A stretch of DNA of 64,000 nt from Epiperipatus broadwayi (lineage: Eukaryota; Animalia; Onychophora), in NCBI GenBank assembly GCA_028023455.1, contig JAQFVV010000002.1, positions 33,046,001 through 33,110,000 of the forward strand, given 5' to 3'. The translations under genes were made by a program, and so were the position numbers. This document shows, piece after piece, positions 38,934 through 51,622 of this stretch. The notes below the pieces were generated by a model. That model was not told the origin of the DNA. It saw nothing but the letters and a program-made list of their open reading frames with translations, and did no database searches. Every line of letters begins with the position of its first letter. Position 1 is the stretch's first letter.

Positions 38934-41900
38934 CAATGTTAGCGAACCTTTTTGCTTGTGCGTGCCAAAAATTTCCAAAAAATATTTATTGAATGATTAG
39001 CGTATTGCAGTTTTTTAAAAGTTAATAGAACAAAATAATTAATATATAAATAACTGAAACACAGGCTTGTTATATACCTGTGGCTATATATGTGTAATAT
39101 AGGGTATATGAGCACAGACTTTCACATACCCAATAATAAATAAACAAAATTTCGAAATTAGCTAAATACAAGTAAATGATATTTAGTTAAAAGAGCACTA
39201 GTTGGAATAAAATGTAATAGTAATTAAAACAAAATTTTGGAAATAAGCATATAAAATCAACATAAATAGACATTATTTAATGAGATTTTTGCTGTTTTAC
39301 ATTGGATGCCAAATATTTCATATCTGGTTCATATTTTGTCATTTTTAATAATGCACATCCTAGATTCATCTGTCATTCTATTTCTAGAACTGTCTTTAAT
39401 TAAATTCGTTCCTGAAAACAATAATTCACATACATATGTAGAGGAGAAAATTGATAATATAGCAGTCCCTAATTTTTTTAAACAATTAAATGTTTCAAAT
39501 ATGTCATTCCAGGAAGTCAATAGTTCCTCTTTATTATTCTTTTTACATATATCCAATATTCGATCATTTTCCATTGTTTCTAACTCATTCCTCAAGTCAA
39601 CAAATTTCTTTTTCCATATAGAACTGGATTGAAAATCGACTGATTGCATTTCCATATCTTCAAATTAAGCCTCAAAAATTTCTAACTTGAAACTATCCAT
39701 TGATGTTATGTCTGGATATAAAATAATTTTTTGATATTTCTGAAAATTGTCTGAACTATGTAAATCTTAAAGAAAATTTGTCAATTATCGATTAAATAAC
39801 AGCACAAAAGTCTTGCGTCAATTTTACTTGATCTGGCTTCTCATGAGATTCTAAATCAATCAAGAACTTTTTTATATTTGGAAAATATTTGAAGGTGTAA
39901 GAAATGACATCACAGTTGAAAATTTGTAATTTCACTTCAAATGCTTTGATCCAATCAAACAAGACAACAATTGTCTTATTATTAACCTTGCAATCTCACG
40001 TTTACTTTATTTAGATGTGAACATATATCAATAAAAACTATTAAATTTGAAAGCCATTCAACATCCATTAATTCATTATACTTTTCAATGATTTTCTCAT
40101 TAAGTAAAAACAGTATAATTTCTTTTAAACACTCAATGAATCACTGAAGAACTTTTCCTCAACCCTCGGACATTGTTGTACCTAAGTAAACCCTTGTATA
40201 CTGAGTTTACCTCACTCAGGGTGTAGATATAAAATTGATTAATTTAATCACAGTGTTCATAACATTATCCAGTGGCTTAAAGCTGGCTTTCATGCATAAA
40301 ACCAGCTGATGTATAATGCAATGAAAACTCAAAATTGAATGTTCAATACAGTTGGTAAATAAAATGAGAACTTTTTTTTTCAGTCATAAGCACCATCTGT
40401 AGGTACTGATACAATTTTGGCAACATCTATATTACATATATCTATTCCTTTTGTTGTTGTTACTAATGAAGTTAAACTGATCAATTCTTCTTTGATATTA
40501 TTCCCAAACAACAGTGAATAAAAATAGCCAAATAAGCTGATCCATTTATGTCTGTACTTTCATCAAGGCAGAGTGAAACTAAGCTAGAAGATTTTATATC
40601 TCTTTTTTGTTGGTAAGTTATGTTGTTAGCCATTTGCAGGATTCTTTATTTAACTGTATTTCTAAACAATAATAAATCTTTTATGCTCTGAATAATTTTT
40701 GCTTTGTTTTCAAAATCTTCAAAAGAACCGGTGCACATTTCATTCAAGCTTCTTTCATATATTCTCCATCATTAAAAGGTTTCCCATGTTTGGCAAATAC
40801 ATTTGAAATAAAAAAAACTATAAGTGATTACATTTGAGAGATTTTCCATAAATTTCATTATAGATGTTAATTGAATATTTATATTTTTAATTGCTTGGGC
40901 AATATATTATTTTTGTTCATCTTTACTTTTTTCACAGAGCGATTTATGATTGGTCTCATAATGCTATTTTACCTATGATGTTCTCACTACAACTGTTCTA
41001 GAATAGAAAGCACATACTACCCTGGTGTCTTTGTTAATCATTCCATACTCATCAGTCCACCAATTTTGAAATTCTCGACTGCTTGATAATTTTTGTTTTT
41101 TTTATTTTCATTAGTCATAGTAATATAATGGTAACAAATTTATTTAAAAGTGAATTTAAACGAGCTTTAATAATTTTATAAATAAAAGATTTGTTTAACT
41201 TTTACAGCAAATCTTCAAGCAAAAAAAAAAAATATCATTTGATAGTTTGATTACACAAATGAATGGTGTCAACACATTTAGATAAAAAACATTAGGACAG
41301 AAAACCAATTGATTACTTTTACTTTAGATTTGAAAAAACTTACTTAAAAGAGTTATAAAATGTTTTATTGAGTTTACTTTCTAGTTTTAATTATAAATTT
41401 ATTTAACGCACATTGATTACATAAGTAATATTTACTAAGGCAATAAACCTAAAGCATGTGCGGTTGAAAATGCGAAGCTAGGGACCTCTACAGGTCTTAA
41501 CCACAAGCTTACACATTGGAAGAAAAGAGGGGAACCCTTCTTTACTTCAACCTACTTCCTATATAAATTTCGTGAGTACTAATGTAAAATAGGAATTGTG
41601 GATTTAATCAGTGAAGTACTGAATAGCTTCACGCTCTCAAATCTAACTGCTTCAGGTTCACCTATTTATATAGAAAGTAGGTTGAAGTAAAGAAGAGTTT
41701 CCTCTTTTCTTCCAATGCGTAAGCTTGTGGTTAAGACCTGTAGAGGTCCCTACCTTCGCATTTTCAACTGCACATGCTTTAGGTTTATTGCCTTAGTAAA
41801 TATTTCTAGTTTTAATGGAATCATTTGACAGGTTTATAGAATATGATATCACAGTATACTGGTATCACTTTATTTGATTTAAAATATCATAATTTATTGC

Positions 41901-42087
41901 TTCTAATCAGAGTTCAATTATAAATTGAATTCTAGTATAATATTATATTTATTTATTTTACCTTTAGTTTACAGTAAATTTTTATTAGTACAGATTTTAG
42001 CAACAAAAAAAAAATTGAAGAAAATTATGATATATAAATAGTTCACATGCCATCTCTGGCATACGTGCCATAGGTTCACCATAACTG
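38934..42087 (-). mobile_element. hAT transposon (SPIN/Charlie, GTF2IRD2/EPM2AIP1-like transposase pseudogene)
   Basis: TIRs CAATGTTAGCGAACCT / AGGTTCACCATAACTG; perfect 8-bp TSD ATCTAAGT (38926-38933, 42088-42095). Minus ORF 39329-39655 (LSIFSSTYVCELLFSGTNLIKDSSRNRMTDE) is the hAT dimerization domain; more decayed transposase extends to about 41120. Confidence 0.93.
41392..41802. mobile_element. Fold-back repeat, family C, nested in the hAT element, 14-bp TSD
   Basis: About 135-bp inverted arms with about 90 bp of unique core; direct repeat TTTCTAGTTTTAAT at 41378-41391 and 41803-41816. Confidence 0.88.
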
Positions 42088-42149
42088 ATCTAAGTGAATG
42101 TACAAATTTAATAAAATATTATGTGGTGACTTTTATGATTCACATTGAT

Positions 42150-42915
42150 AAGGATGTATGATAGGGTTATTCCTGATTTCCAAACCTTTTTAAAGCAGTT
42201 TTATATTAACTATTATATGGGTTAAAATGGGAAGCTGAAGAAGTAAATGTGCAGATTTCGTTTGATGATGAGTAGCTTGTTTTTTGCATATTTATAGCTT
42301 CAGAAAGTGTTACAAAAGTTACCTAATGAAGGTAAAAAGTAAGACTAAAGACATATGCTAAAAAGATTAATGTTCAATGAATTTTTTCATAGAAAATAAA
42401 GATTGATAAATAAGAATGATCAACAAATACTTTGATCAGATGAAAACATGATGGATGAAATTAACTAGAGAATGAAATTTGGGTGGAAAGATGTGGATAA
42501 AAATATCTTAATATTATGTGCTTGAAAAAGAAGATTGCTAATCGATATGTTTTATCACTTTATTATTGATCCGTGACTTGGACGCTTGATGAAAGAGCGA
42601 TAGAGACTTTAGACTACTCAACCAAAGTATGGATAGTCTTATGTTGGGAGTAACAAAGAAGGGATCAAAAGGGGAATGTGTGAATGAGACAACTAACAGA
42701 TATCGTTGACATCATCGAAAGAATTATAAAGATTGAAATGAAGTTAAGCCAGCCATATTGCTAGAAAATATGGTAATAAATCAATGTTTGAAGTCTTAAA
42801 TGGATTCCAAAATAAGGAACTTTGCTGGTGTGATATGAAGAAAAGAGGTTATAGGTTGAAGAAACCAGATTAAATTTTGAGTGACATTCATTCTGCAATG
42901 GATTCATAGTTGTTA
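42150..42915 (+). mobile_element. Degraded RTE LINE 3' part
   Basis: Patchy similarity to 6250-7120 (aaatgggaagct.., gagactttagactactcaa.., ttcattctgcaatggatt). Confidence 0.65.
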
Positions 42916-43595
42916 AAGAAAGACTTATTTAAAGAGCTTATATTAAAAAGAAAGGGATTATAGTGAAAACACAACTATCAATTTGTATGGTTGCAATGGA
43001 TGTACAAAATACTCTGTAAAAACTGCATTTAGTGGCAATCTCTTCCCAGATATCTGAAATCATGAAAAATAACAAATCCTATACAATATACACATTTAAT
43101 TTATTTTAAAATCCAGTTGTTTAAGGAGTCCTGATGTTCAAACTGTAAAATGATAGGCTAAGCACCTCAGTTCTATTCATTTGATCAGACTAAAAAAAAT
43201 GTGTAACCTTAGTCAAAATAAATCTACAAATGTCTAACTGATAAATCTGCTACCAAATTAATTTATTGAAGGCATAACAGATAATAGTTTATTGGTATAT
43301 CTGAGTATTCAAAATATCTATTTATTGATGCATCTTGCCATATTAAGATCATGGCTATTGAATTTTGAATCCTGATCCATCAGGTAATAAAATAAATTTT
43401 GTTAAGGAACAATGGAGAACAGTGACAAACTACCCTTAATCATTGGAATCATAAAACCTGCTTTTCTGAACATGCAACATAAATTGCAAAGAAATCAAGT
43501 CATGGATCACATGACTTAATTTAATAAGCTTGTATTACAAATGTTATATAATGGTTGTGCCAATAACTCTTAACAAGCTTTTTAGAATATCCCTA

Positions 43596-43635
43596 TCATT
43601 AGACCGGTTTCTAGCTCTGGCTTTCGTCAGTGAGG
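43596..43635 (-). ncRNA. Minimal type I hammerhead ribozyme motif (family B)
   Basis: Minus strand CCTCA-CTGACGA-A-AGC-caga-GCT-A-GAAAC-CG-GTC. Core nucleotides are intact; helix I is poorly paired in this copy. Confidence 0.55.
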
Positions 43636-43914
43636 CACTAGGATATTCAAGTATTAGATTTAAAATACCAGGACAACCCCAGGACTTTATCTAATGATTG
43701 ACTATTATGTAGAAAATCTGAAATTTTCAGACATCCATATGTCTTCAAATCCAGCTGTCTAACTTAAATAGCCATATGGGAATGAACTAAGTTCAGATAC
43801 ACCATATATTAATGGTGTTAGCAATATAAAATCACCAAAGCCTTAATAGTAAAAAATGTAATTGCATAGAAATCAAGTTATATATCACATGATCTAATTT
43901 AACAAGCTTGCATT

Positions 43915-43990
43915 ACAAATATTATCTAATGAGCATGTCAATAGCTTGTTAAAAGCTATTGGCATGCTCATTAGATAATATGCAATATAA
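43915..43990. repeat. Short near-perfect hairpin in a family B-related repeat
   Basis: atattatctaatgagcatgtcaatagc / gctattggcatgctcattagataatat; the preceding 43868-43940 directly repeats 43490-43560. Confidence 0.7.
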
Positions 43991-44256
43991 AAGTCATATA
44001 CTTAATATAAAAATAAATGATTTGTATAGCTTTGAGGAAAAAAGATTTGATATCATATAAAATAGAAAGTTATAATTACTAAATTAATAGCATCTGTTAA
44101 ATTAATTAATAACCCATAGTCATTGTGCCCATCTACTTGTAAATGGAATTTATCAGCCACTGATCTATATAAATGTGGGCAACACATACCATAAACCACA
44201 TAGTTAATGATTGTCAAACATCATATGATCACTATTTCCCTGTGCTTACAAGAGCT

Positions 44257-44730
44257 GTTAAAACAAAGGTAAAACTCTCCATACAGTAGTGCCACCCAGT
44301 GCAAGCCAGAGAAATCAATTGATGCAAGAAGGTTTACTACCAATCTCACTCAATTAGAGACAATGTTCACTATGGTTACTAAAGAACCAAAGATGCCAAA
44401 AGGTGTAGATACTGAACTGGGTTCAGATTTATATGACTATATAAGCTAATGAGCTTGGATTGAAAACATTTCTGACTCGTAGCTTTATAATTAACTAAAA
44501 AGGTAAAAGATGACTGTTGAAGGGTTGCATTAGATCCTAAGATCTAAGTGCAGTGCTCTCAGATGCAAAACTTTTCACTGATGAAAGCCACAACCTAGAA
44601 ACTAGTCTGGGAATATTGGATGGGTAGGCATTGGATAGGGATTTTATGCACAAACCTTCTTGCATCCATTGATTATTCTGGCTTGCTCTGGGTGTCACTA
44701 CTGTATAGAGAAATTCTTCTCTGTTTTAAT
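44257..44730. mobile_element. Asymmetric fold-back, family A, with hammerhead motif at 44573-44612 (+)
   Basis: Short left arm (about 80 bp) and long right arm containing TTTCA-CTGATGA-AAGCCACAACCTA-GAAAC-TA-GTC-TGGGA. Confidence 0.75.
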
Positions 44731-45036
44731 GACCACCAAATGTATGATTAGCATGGCAGAAATTGATCAATTTAATAACCCACCAGTGTATCTTATTTCC
44801 TGTTTAGAATTTTCTGCAAGTTCCTTTGATATTTTGCTAATAGTTCTGCTAGAAAAAAATCTAAATAAATAATATCTTGTGAAATTTATCTCAACAGTAA
44901 AAGTAGAGATTCCCAATTGAGGGTAGATAAATTTTCACTTTGGTTTTATTTGATGAAATTGTTGTGATTAAATGTTATTTGATTTCGTGATACCATTGTT
45001 TTTATTATTATTTAATTTTTTATTATTTTTTTTTAG

Positions 45037-45266
45037 GGTATTTGCTCGTTGGTTTAACTATTATGATGTTAATTCTCTCAATCCTGTATGAAATTCCCCA
45101 ATTAAACTTTGGAATATTCTTCCTAGCAAAAAGTGATGAACAAGATCCTGAAAAAATGCGAATAAATCCAGGAAGTACCTCTGGTCCAAAATACACTCCA
45201 CAAATTGATGAAGCTACACCAACAGAAGGTGGCGACGCTAGCATGGATCATCATTCTTCTCCATAA
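45037..45266 (+). CDS. KCNK1: Last coding exon of the TWIK/KCNK1-like channel (M4 helix and C-terminal tail)
   Basis: T-rich tract and TAG acceptor ending at 45036. A phase-1 join to the 21190 donor reads ...KVCTT-G-YLLVGLTIMMLILSILYEIPQLNFG...HHSSP*, matching the KCNK1-type M4 (YLLLGL). Stop TAA at 45264-45266. Confidence 0.92.
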
Positions 45267-46309
45267 ATATAGTTCACATCGACATCTACTATTTATTTGT
45301 ACCCATGGTCAGTGGTTTAAAAAATTGTCCCTGTTGTGTAATTGATATTTATTTGTAAATGGATTGTTTTCTTTCAACGATACTCTACGCTGTATTGGCT
45401 TTCTCATCAAGCATTTCTTTTGTAATAGTTCAAATTGATTGGGGGAGAGGGGTCAGTTTTTTTTAATTCTGGCGTAATTTCATTTTTTATTATATATATT
45501 TTAAAATAAATTATTTACATTTTAATAATTTATTATTATTGTTGATATTTACAGGAAATAATTAAGAAATGTGAAATGATTTGCAAATATTTTGAAAAAG
45601 CCGTTTACATTCATCAATTTATACTTACTTTTCAAAAAAAAAAATTCATTTTTTAATGGAATGAGTATTTAAATATTTTCATTGTTATCACAATCTATGA
45701 AAAAAATGGTGTTTTAATTAAGAATTGTCAAATATTTAAGAGTTGAAATCACCGTTAAAAGTATACCATGTTTTAACATTTTTTATTGCCTCGGGGTGCG
45801 TCTTATTTATTTTCAGGTGTATATATTTATTTTCTTATGGCAAATTATTTTAATTTATTGCTACTTATTTATATACTATATTAATTAATAATGTAATAAA
45901 GGTCAGCTATTTTATTTTCTCCTACATAAGGAATAATAGGAGAAAAATAATGATATCTGTAACATATCGATAGGTTCATGTAATATATATCGCTGCGAAC
46001 TTTGTAATGAATCTTGAATGCGATATAATTTTTTATTAAGATTACATGGAAAACAATGGTAATTAATGGAGGTTGGTGTTTGTCTGAGATCATAAAAAGA
46101 CTCACTGAAGTCAATAAATTGTGTTCCATCTGATCTTTTAACATTCATACACACGCACACACAAATTATAATGAATGGTTGTATTTACGTACTCTATTAG
46201 CTCATTGTATAACTATGTTCTCTAATAGCCAAATTCTGAATTGTCCTGTAAGTCATAGTTTACACTTCAAAATTTTGTTACATATACACACGGTAACAAA
46301 TTTTTTTCC

Positions 46310-46500
46310 CCACATTATAGTGCCACCTTTTAGATGCTAAAAGGTAGTGCTTCATAATTCCTAATCTAATATCCCCAGATTAGTTAGCCGTAGAAACTAG
46401 TCTGGAGATATTGGATTGAAAAACACTGGGTGGGGGTTATTATATGCTATATTTTAGCTTCTACTGATTATTAGAGTTTATACTAGGTGGCACTACTGGG
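46310..46500. mobile_element. Degraded family A fold-back joined within the hammerhead region
   Basis: aatatccccagattag / GAAACTAGTCTGGAGATATTGG junction at 46368-46414; gtgccacc / ggtggcac outer ends. Confidence 0.55.
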
Positions 46501-49500
46501 AGAAAGAAATTACAGCATTGCGTAAGCACAAAGAAAAGATGATGGTGTGGTATTTTAATCGATTAACACATGTACATAACTTATACCATAGTTAAATAAT
46601 GAGCTAATAGGGGGCGCTCCATGCACTCTCATTATATTATAAGAAAATAGTTCTGTAATGTATTAATTATTTATGTTGTGTACCCACACACATATACATC
46701 TGTACAAACACACTTCATCTTGCATCAGCAACGAGTGATTTTTGATGAAAGGATAAAAGCTCCACCTTGTGTGAACAATTCTTTTTTTAAAAAAGTATGT
46801 ATATATATAAATTTATATTGTATAAAATCATGATTCCAGTTTCTGTAAGTTTGCACCTAGAAATTTGTTTCTTTGATCTATTACTCTTTATAGTATATTG
46901 AAACAGTCCAAAGGTATTTTTACATATGTGCAGACAACCAAAATAATTTTAATAACCCTGATTGATGTATATATATATGGTGCTGTTATAAAATTTATTA
47001 TAATGTTATATGACTAGACTTTTAAGCATTTTTTTTTTTTTTTTACATTTTTGGAAATTAAGAAGACCACATTTTGAATGGCTTCCATTATTCGATTCTT
47101 TTAAAATCAAATAATAATAATAATTCTAATATATGTGTGAGAGAGTATTTATGTATTCTACTTCAGGCATAAATAGCTGTCAGAAATATTTGTTTTAGTT
47201 ACGTCACATTTTTAATGCATTTCATTATATAACTTCATTTATCCGGCATGAGAGAAAATTGAAATATCTCAACACTTGACATCAAGCAAGTCAGGCAATG
47301 ATATATGAAGTTTTCAAAAATTGTACATAGGTGGCTCTGCAATATAATGATATATGTATGGAATAGATTATTGCTCTAAATGCAAATGTTAGTACTAGTT
47401 ATAATCTAGGACTAATGAAAAACAATTTTTTATAAATCTATTTGTCTTTCTTTGGTATATATGTGAAAATATGTATACTTATTATGCTTTTGATCTTAGA
47501 ATTTAAATCTGGATGAAGTTTGGAGATTATTTTTCCAGTTATCCAGCTGTATATTGGAAGGTAAAAGATGTCCTAGACAATATAGGTCATCCGGATGAAT
47601 GTTGGTGCTCTGATCATATTATGTGAGCTTCACTTTTGGTGAAGAGGCTGCCGTACTAATTTATTCTTTTATGTAAATATATGTACATATATTTAAATGA
47701 ATTTACATATTAATTTAAATTATAGGCATTGATTGTAAATGAGTTAGTTGTACAATGATTTTATTATGTTCTGAACTTAAGAAAACTCTTCATCTGAGTC
47801 TGGAAAAGGCAACCAGAAAAAAACTCATATCTCCAAAGTTTGACAAAGGTAATAAGAAGAAATAAATGCCGCCTTTTAAAACCATTGATCATTATTAAGG
47901 TGCATGGCCAATGTTCATACTTATTTGAAGTGGAAATGTGTCTACAACTTGGTCACTTAATCTTTATTTTATGTGTCAAATGTATCATTTTCAATTTTTT
48001 CTTTTATGTTTTGAAATAAATTTAAGAATATTCTTATTTTGTATTCAGTATTTTATTTCAGGTTATTTTCTACCTCTTTAATTAATGGAATAACCCACTT
48101 TCTCCTCAATAACTATGAATAAATAACACTCTATTGGTAAAGGGTTAAGAGTAGAATAGATCCACCTGTTCTTTAAGCTTTCAATGAGATAAAATCAAAG
48201 CATTAATAATAATAAAATATTTATATAATAATGACATAAAGGTATTAGGGTAATTAATGCTACTCCTGTATTCTGTTAGACATCCAATAAGAATTTGGAA
48301 ACAAAAATTATTTCAATATTTTTTACATTGCATCACATCTTTGACACTAGAGGGCATTGCACTGCTAACAGGTTTTTTGGGGCATAGTTGCTGAGAGATT
48401 CCTGACTCTGTGGAGAAGTCACAGTGCATCACATCACTAAGTTAATCTCTCTGACTACATTTTATATATGCACACACACTTAAAAGTATAAATACAAAAC
48501 TACATCACTATTTAATTCACTTATACATACATGAAGTAGATAAAAATTAAGCTATTATGAAATAGGTATGTGTATGTATGTTTAATGTTTATGTACATTT
48601 GATTTGAAACATATTCTGCAAAATGAATAATGAAACGCAAAAGTTCCCTTCACATACGTGTATATACAGTATATAGTTATATTTTAGAAAATACAGTATT
48701 GGCCAGGGAAGTCAGAATTTTTAGATAGTATACAAAAAGAAATAAATAGATATGTAGTGGGTTGTGAATTAGGGTCAACAAATGAGGCTATTCAAACTGA
48801 AATAGGGTAGACTTATTTTTTAATGAGGAAAATCAACGTAAATTTAAAATGTTTGAAAGGTTTTGATATAAACCAATAAACATCATATGATTACTTTTTT
48901 TTTTTTTTTTTTTTTTAATAAATAAAAAAAACCCAACTATCTATTTATCTCTTTTACCAAAAACAATAATAAATAATTGAAGGAATGGATGGAGGATAAA
49001 ACCCTAATCTATTTCTTATTCCTCCAATATCCCCATACTAATTTTTGGCTTTTGACTTTGTGCTTTTGGGGGGGTGGGGCTTGGGAGAACAAACCCCAAA
49101 CCTTTGATATTTTTTTTTATATCCAAACCCCCCCCCCTCCCAAAAACACCCAAAGGGGAATTTTTGGCCCAAACCTTCTGGCATCCATTGATTACTCTGG
49201 CTTGCACTGAGTGGCAATATATAGAGAGGGGTTTTGATATGTGAATGAAAATAGATTGGATTGTAAGGAGAAGATAATAAGCATGTTGGACAAGAAAAGT
49301 TAATATATGGAGACAGTTTATTGTTGTGTTTATATAAGAAATGGGATAAATAGGTAAAGAATATACTACAGGTCCATAATTGTATGGATGGGAAAAGAAG
49401 TAAGATAAATTGAGTGCAGAAATGGGGTTATGAAAAATGAATATGGATAAAAAAAATAGCTTGAAGTTATATACTAAGGATGTATGTTAATACTAAAGGA

Positions 49501-50238
49501 AGCTTGTTGTTATGTGTGCAAGAGTTTTAGGCATCGGGGGAAAGAAGTCAAAAATGAATAAGAATTTGGATTGTTGATGTGATTTAAATGGAAATGGGAG
49601 AAAGAATAGCAAACAGTTATTTTTGTATTGTGGAAATGTTAAAAGAGGATGTATGGAGAAGTATAAAACTTTAAGGATCAAAAAAATGACATTGGTAGAG
49701 TCTTGGGTTCCTTTTTATTTAGGTCTTGCCTATAATAGAAGATAATAGAACTATTCCAAAGAGATTTTATTAACATGGAATAGTAGAAAAATGAACCAAT
49801 ATTAGAGAAATAATGGGGTAATTAGGAATAAAATATGAGTTAATGTGGTGTGTATGGATTTTGAAGTAAGAGAATATATAACTTAACTACAAGGTTTTCT
49901 GGGCATATAGCTTATGCGTATAATCTTTGGGTAGTGAGGTTCTTTTATATCACATCTTTATGGATCATAAGTTACTTATCTTTATTTAGATAGAAGTAGC
50001 TATTAGGCCCACAAATTCCCTTACATCAAGTGTCTTTTATAATGCTATCGCAACTAATAATTTGATGTAGCTACTTGATTTTGAACACTTAATGTATTTC
50101 AATATTTTTCATCATTATTTAAATTAGGGCTATAATTGCTTTACTTAGGAGCAATCTATCTAGGTGATCACAAACAAAAACTAGATGACTTCCCTGGGAT
50201 CCAATGGTTACTTGAAAATCGAAGTTTGTGCTATATAT

Positions 50239-50683
50239 CAGGGGTGGCCAACTTTTATGTTCATAAGATCTACTTTTTATTTTTTAAATGTGTTGCGATC
50301 GACTTGCTGTCAATAGGCGCAGTCTAAGGGAAGGGAGGTGTGAAATACATACTATTTTTATATATCTACCTAGTAAAAAATAATTATTTAACGGGACAAA
50401 AAACTTATGTCCAGAGAAATTAAAGCAACATGAGTAATTATTAACAATATTTATTAATTCAAATTAGCTACATTAAATCAAGATTAAAAATATTATTTTC
50501 AATAATGATAAGACTTAGTGGACTTCACCTATCTAGAATTGAAAAAAAATTTAGAACAAAAACAAAAATAACAAAAAAACTTGAAAATCTTGACTTAATT
50601 TGTTTCACTCGTTACCCGACAGCTCTTGCCAGATTGGCCTCGCAATCGACCGGTGGATCACGATTGACTTGTTGGACACCCTG
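50239..50683. mobile_element. Non-autonomous hAT element
   Basis: TIRs CAGGGGTGGCCAAC / GTTGGACACCCTG; TSD CTATATAT / CTATATGT (7 of 8); subterminal gatcgac motifs. Confidence 0.8.
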
Positions 50684-51581
50684 CTATATGTTATATTATT
50701 TTTTGCATTTTGATTATCAAAGATATTCAGTACATACAATCTTGTTGTCATTTATTATTATTGTCTCAGAATTTTGCACTAATTATTTAAATGTTGATAG
50801 TTGTTTTCAGAAGTATGAAGTTTAAATTGTTCTTATTTTTATAAATAATTAATGAAATATAATTCTGTGATAATCTGCAGAAACAGGAGCAGAAATATTT
50901 CAAAGTTGCCGATTTATGAAGGAGCATATTAACAAATATTTGTCAGATATGTCTTGGTGTTTCAAGATTCGCAATCCAAGATGTCATTATATGAATATCT
51001 TTTAACTTTTTAGCCTGTCTTGGTGTACACAATATATATAATATGTGATGAATGTTAATGTGTTTTTATATTTGTGTGGGTATATGATTCTAATTCCTTA
51101 CACTGTTTATATGAACTTATTTTGAGTAGAAAAAGAACATTTTTTGTCTGATTAAACTTTTTTTTAAGTTTTATTTCTTTGAAATCAAGTAATTGGCTAA
51201 TTAGTTCCTTAATTTAAATGGTTATTTTTACTATTAATGACTTGGTTTTTTAAATTCATTTCAAAAGCAGCAATATTGAAAGACAATGGATTTCAGTTGA
51301 TCATGTTATGTCGAAAAGGTCAGATTAGTTTTTGCATTGGGTCTTTTTTTAGGGAAACTTTGAACTTAATATACCTCTACATTTAGCAATTGCCTTTATC
51401 TTTTTTATACCAACGGACAAAACATTTTAAAGCCAAATCCTTGAATTTCATATAGGTGTATCATTCATATATATATTAATGACTTCCATTTTATGTACCT
51501 TTTACCCGTCAGGCTAACTAAAGACTTTCAAATTTATATTCATATGTTATGTTTACTTTGCCTTTTATTTAATTTTCCAAC

Positions 51582-51622
51582 TCCTCACTGAAGACATCCA
51601 TAGGTCGAAACCGGTCTAGGGA
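51582..51622 (+). ncRNA. Minimal type I hammerhead ribozyme motif (family B)
   Basis: TCCTCA-CTGAAGA-catccataggtc-GAAAC-CG-GTC-TAGGGA: intact core, helix I pairs 5 of 6, weak helix II. Downstream 51695-51780 is homologous to the sequence following the 43596 motif. Confidence 0.6.

Larger units (their letters stand above)
21191..45036 (+). other. 23.8-kb GT-AG intron of the K2P channel gene
   Basis: GT at 21191 and AG at 45035-45036; phases are compatible; no further channel-like sequence seen between them. Confidence 0.85.

Noticed and set aside
41560-41665. Hammerhead in the family C core (CTGAAGC...GAAAG/GAGAG)
   Set aside because: A9 is missing, helix II is unconvincing and no cleavage triplet is in register.
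48920-49175. G-run/C-run segment with overlapping short ORFs (possible G-quadruplex)
   Set aside because: It follows a long poly-T and consists of homopolymer runs leading into a family A fragment; it looks like low-quality sequence or a degraded repeat.
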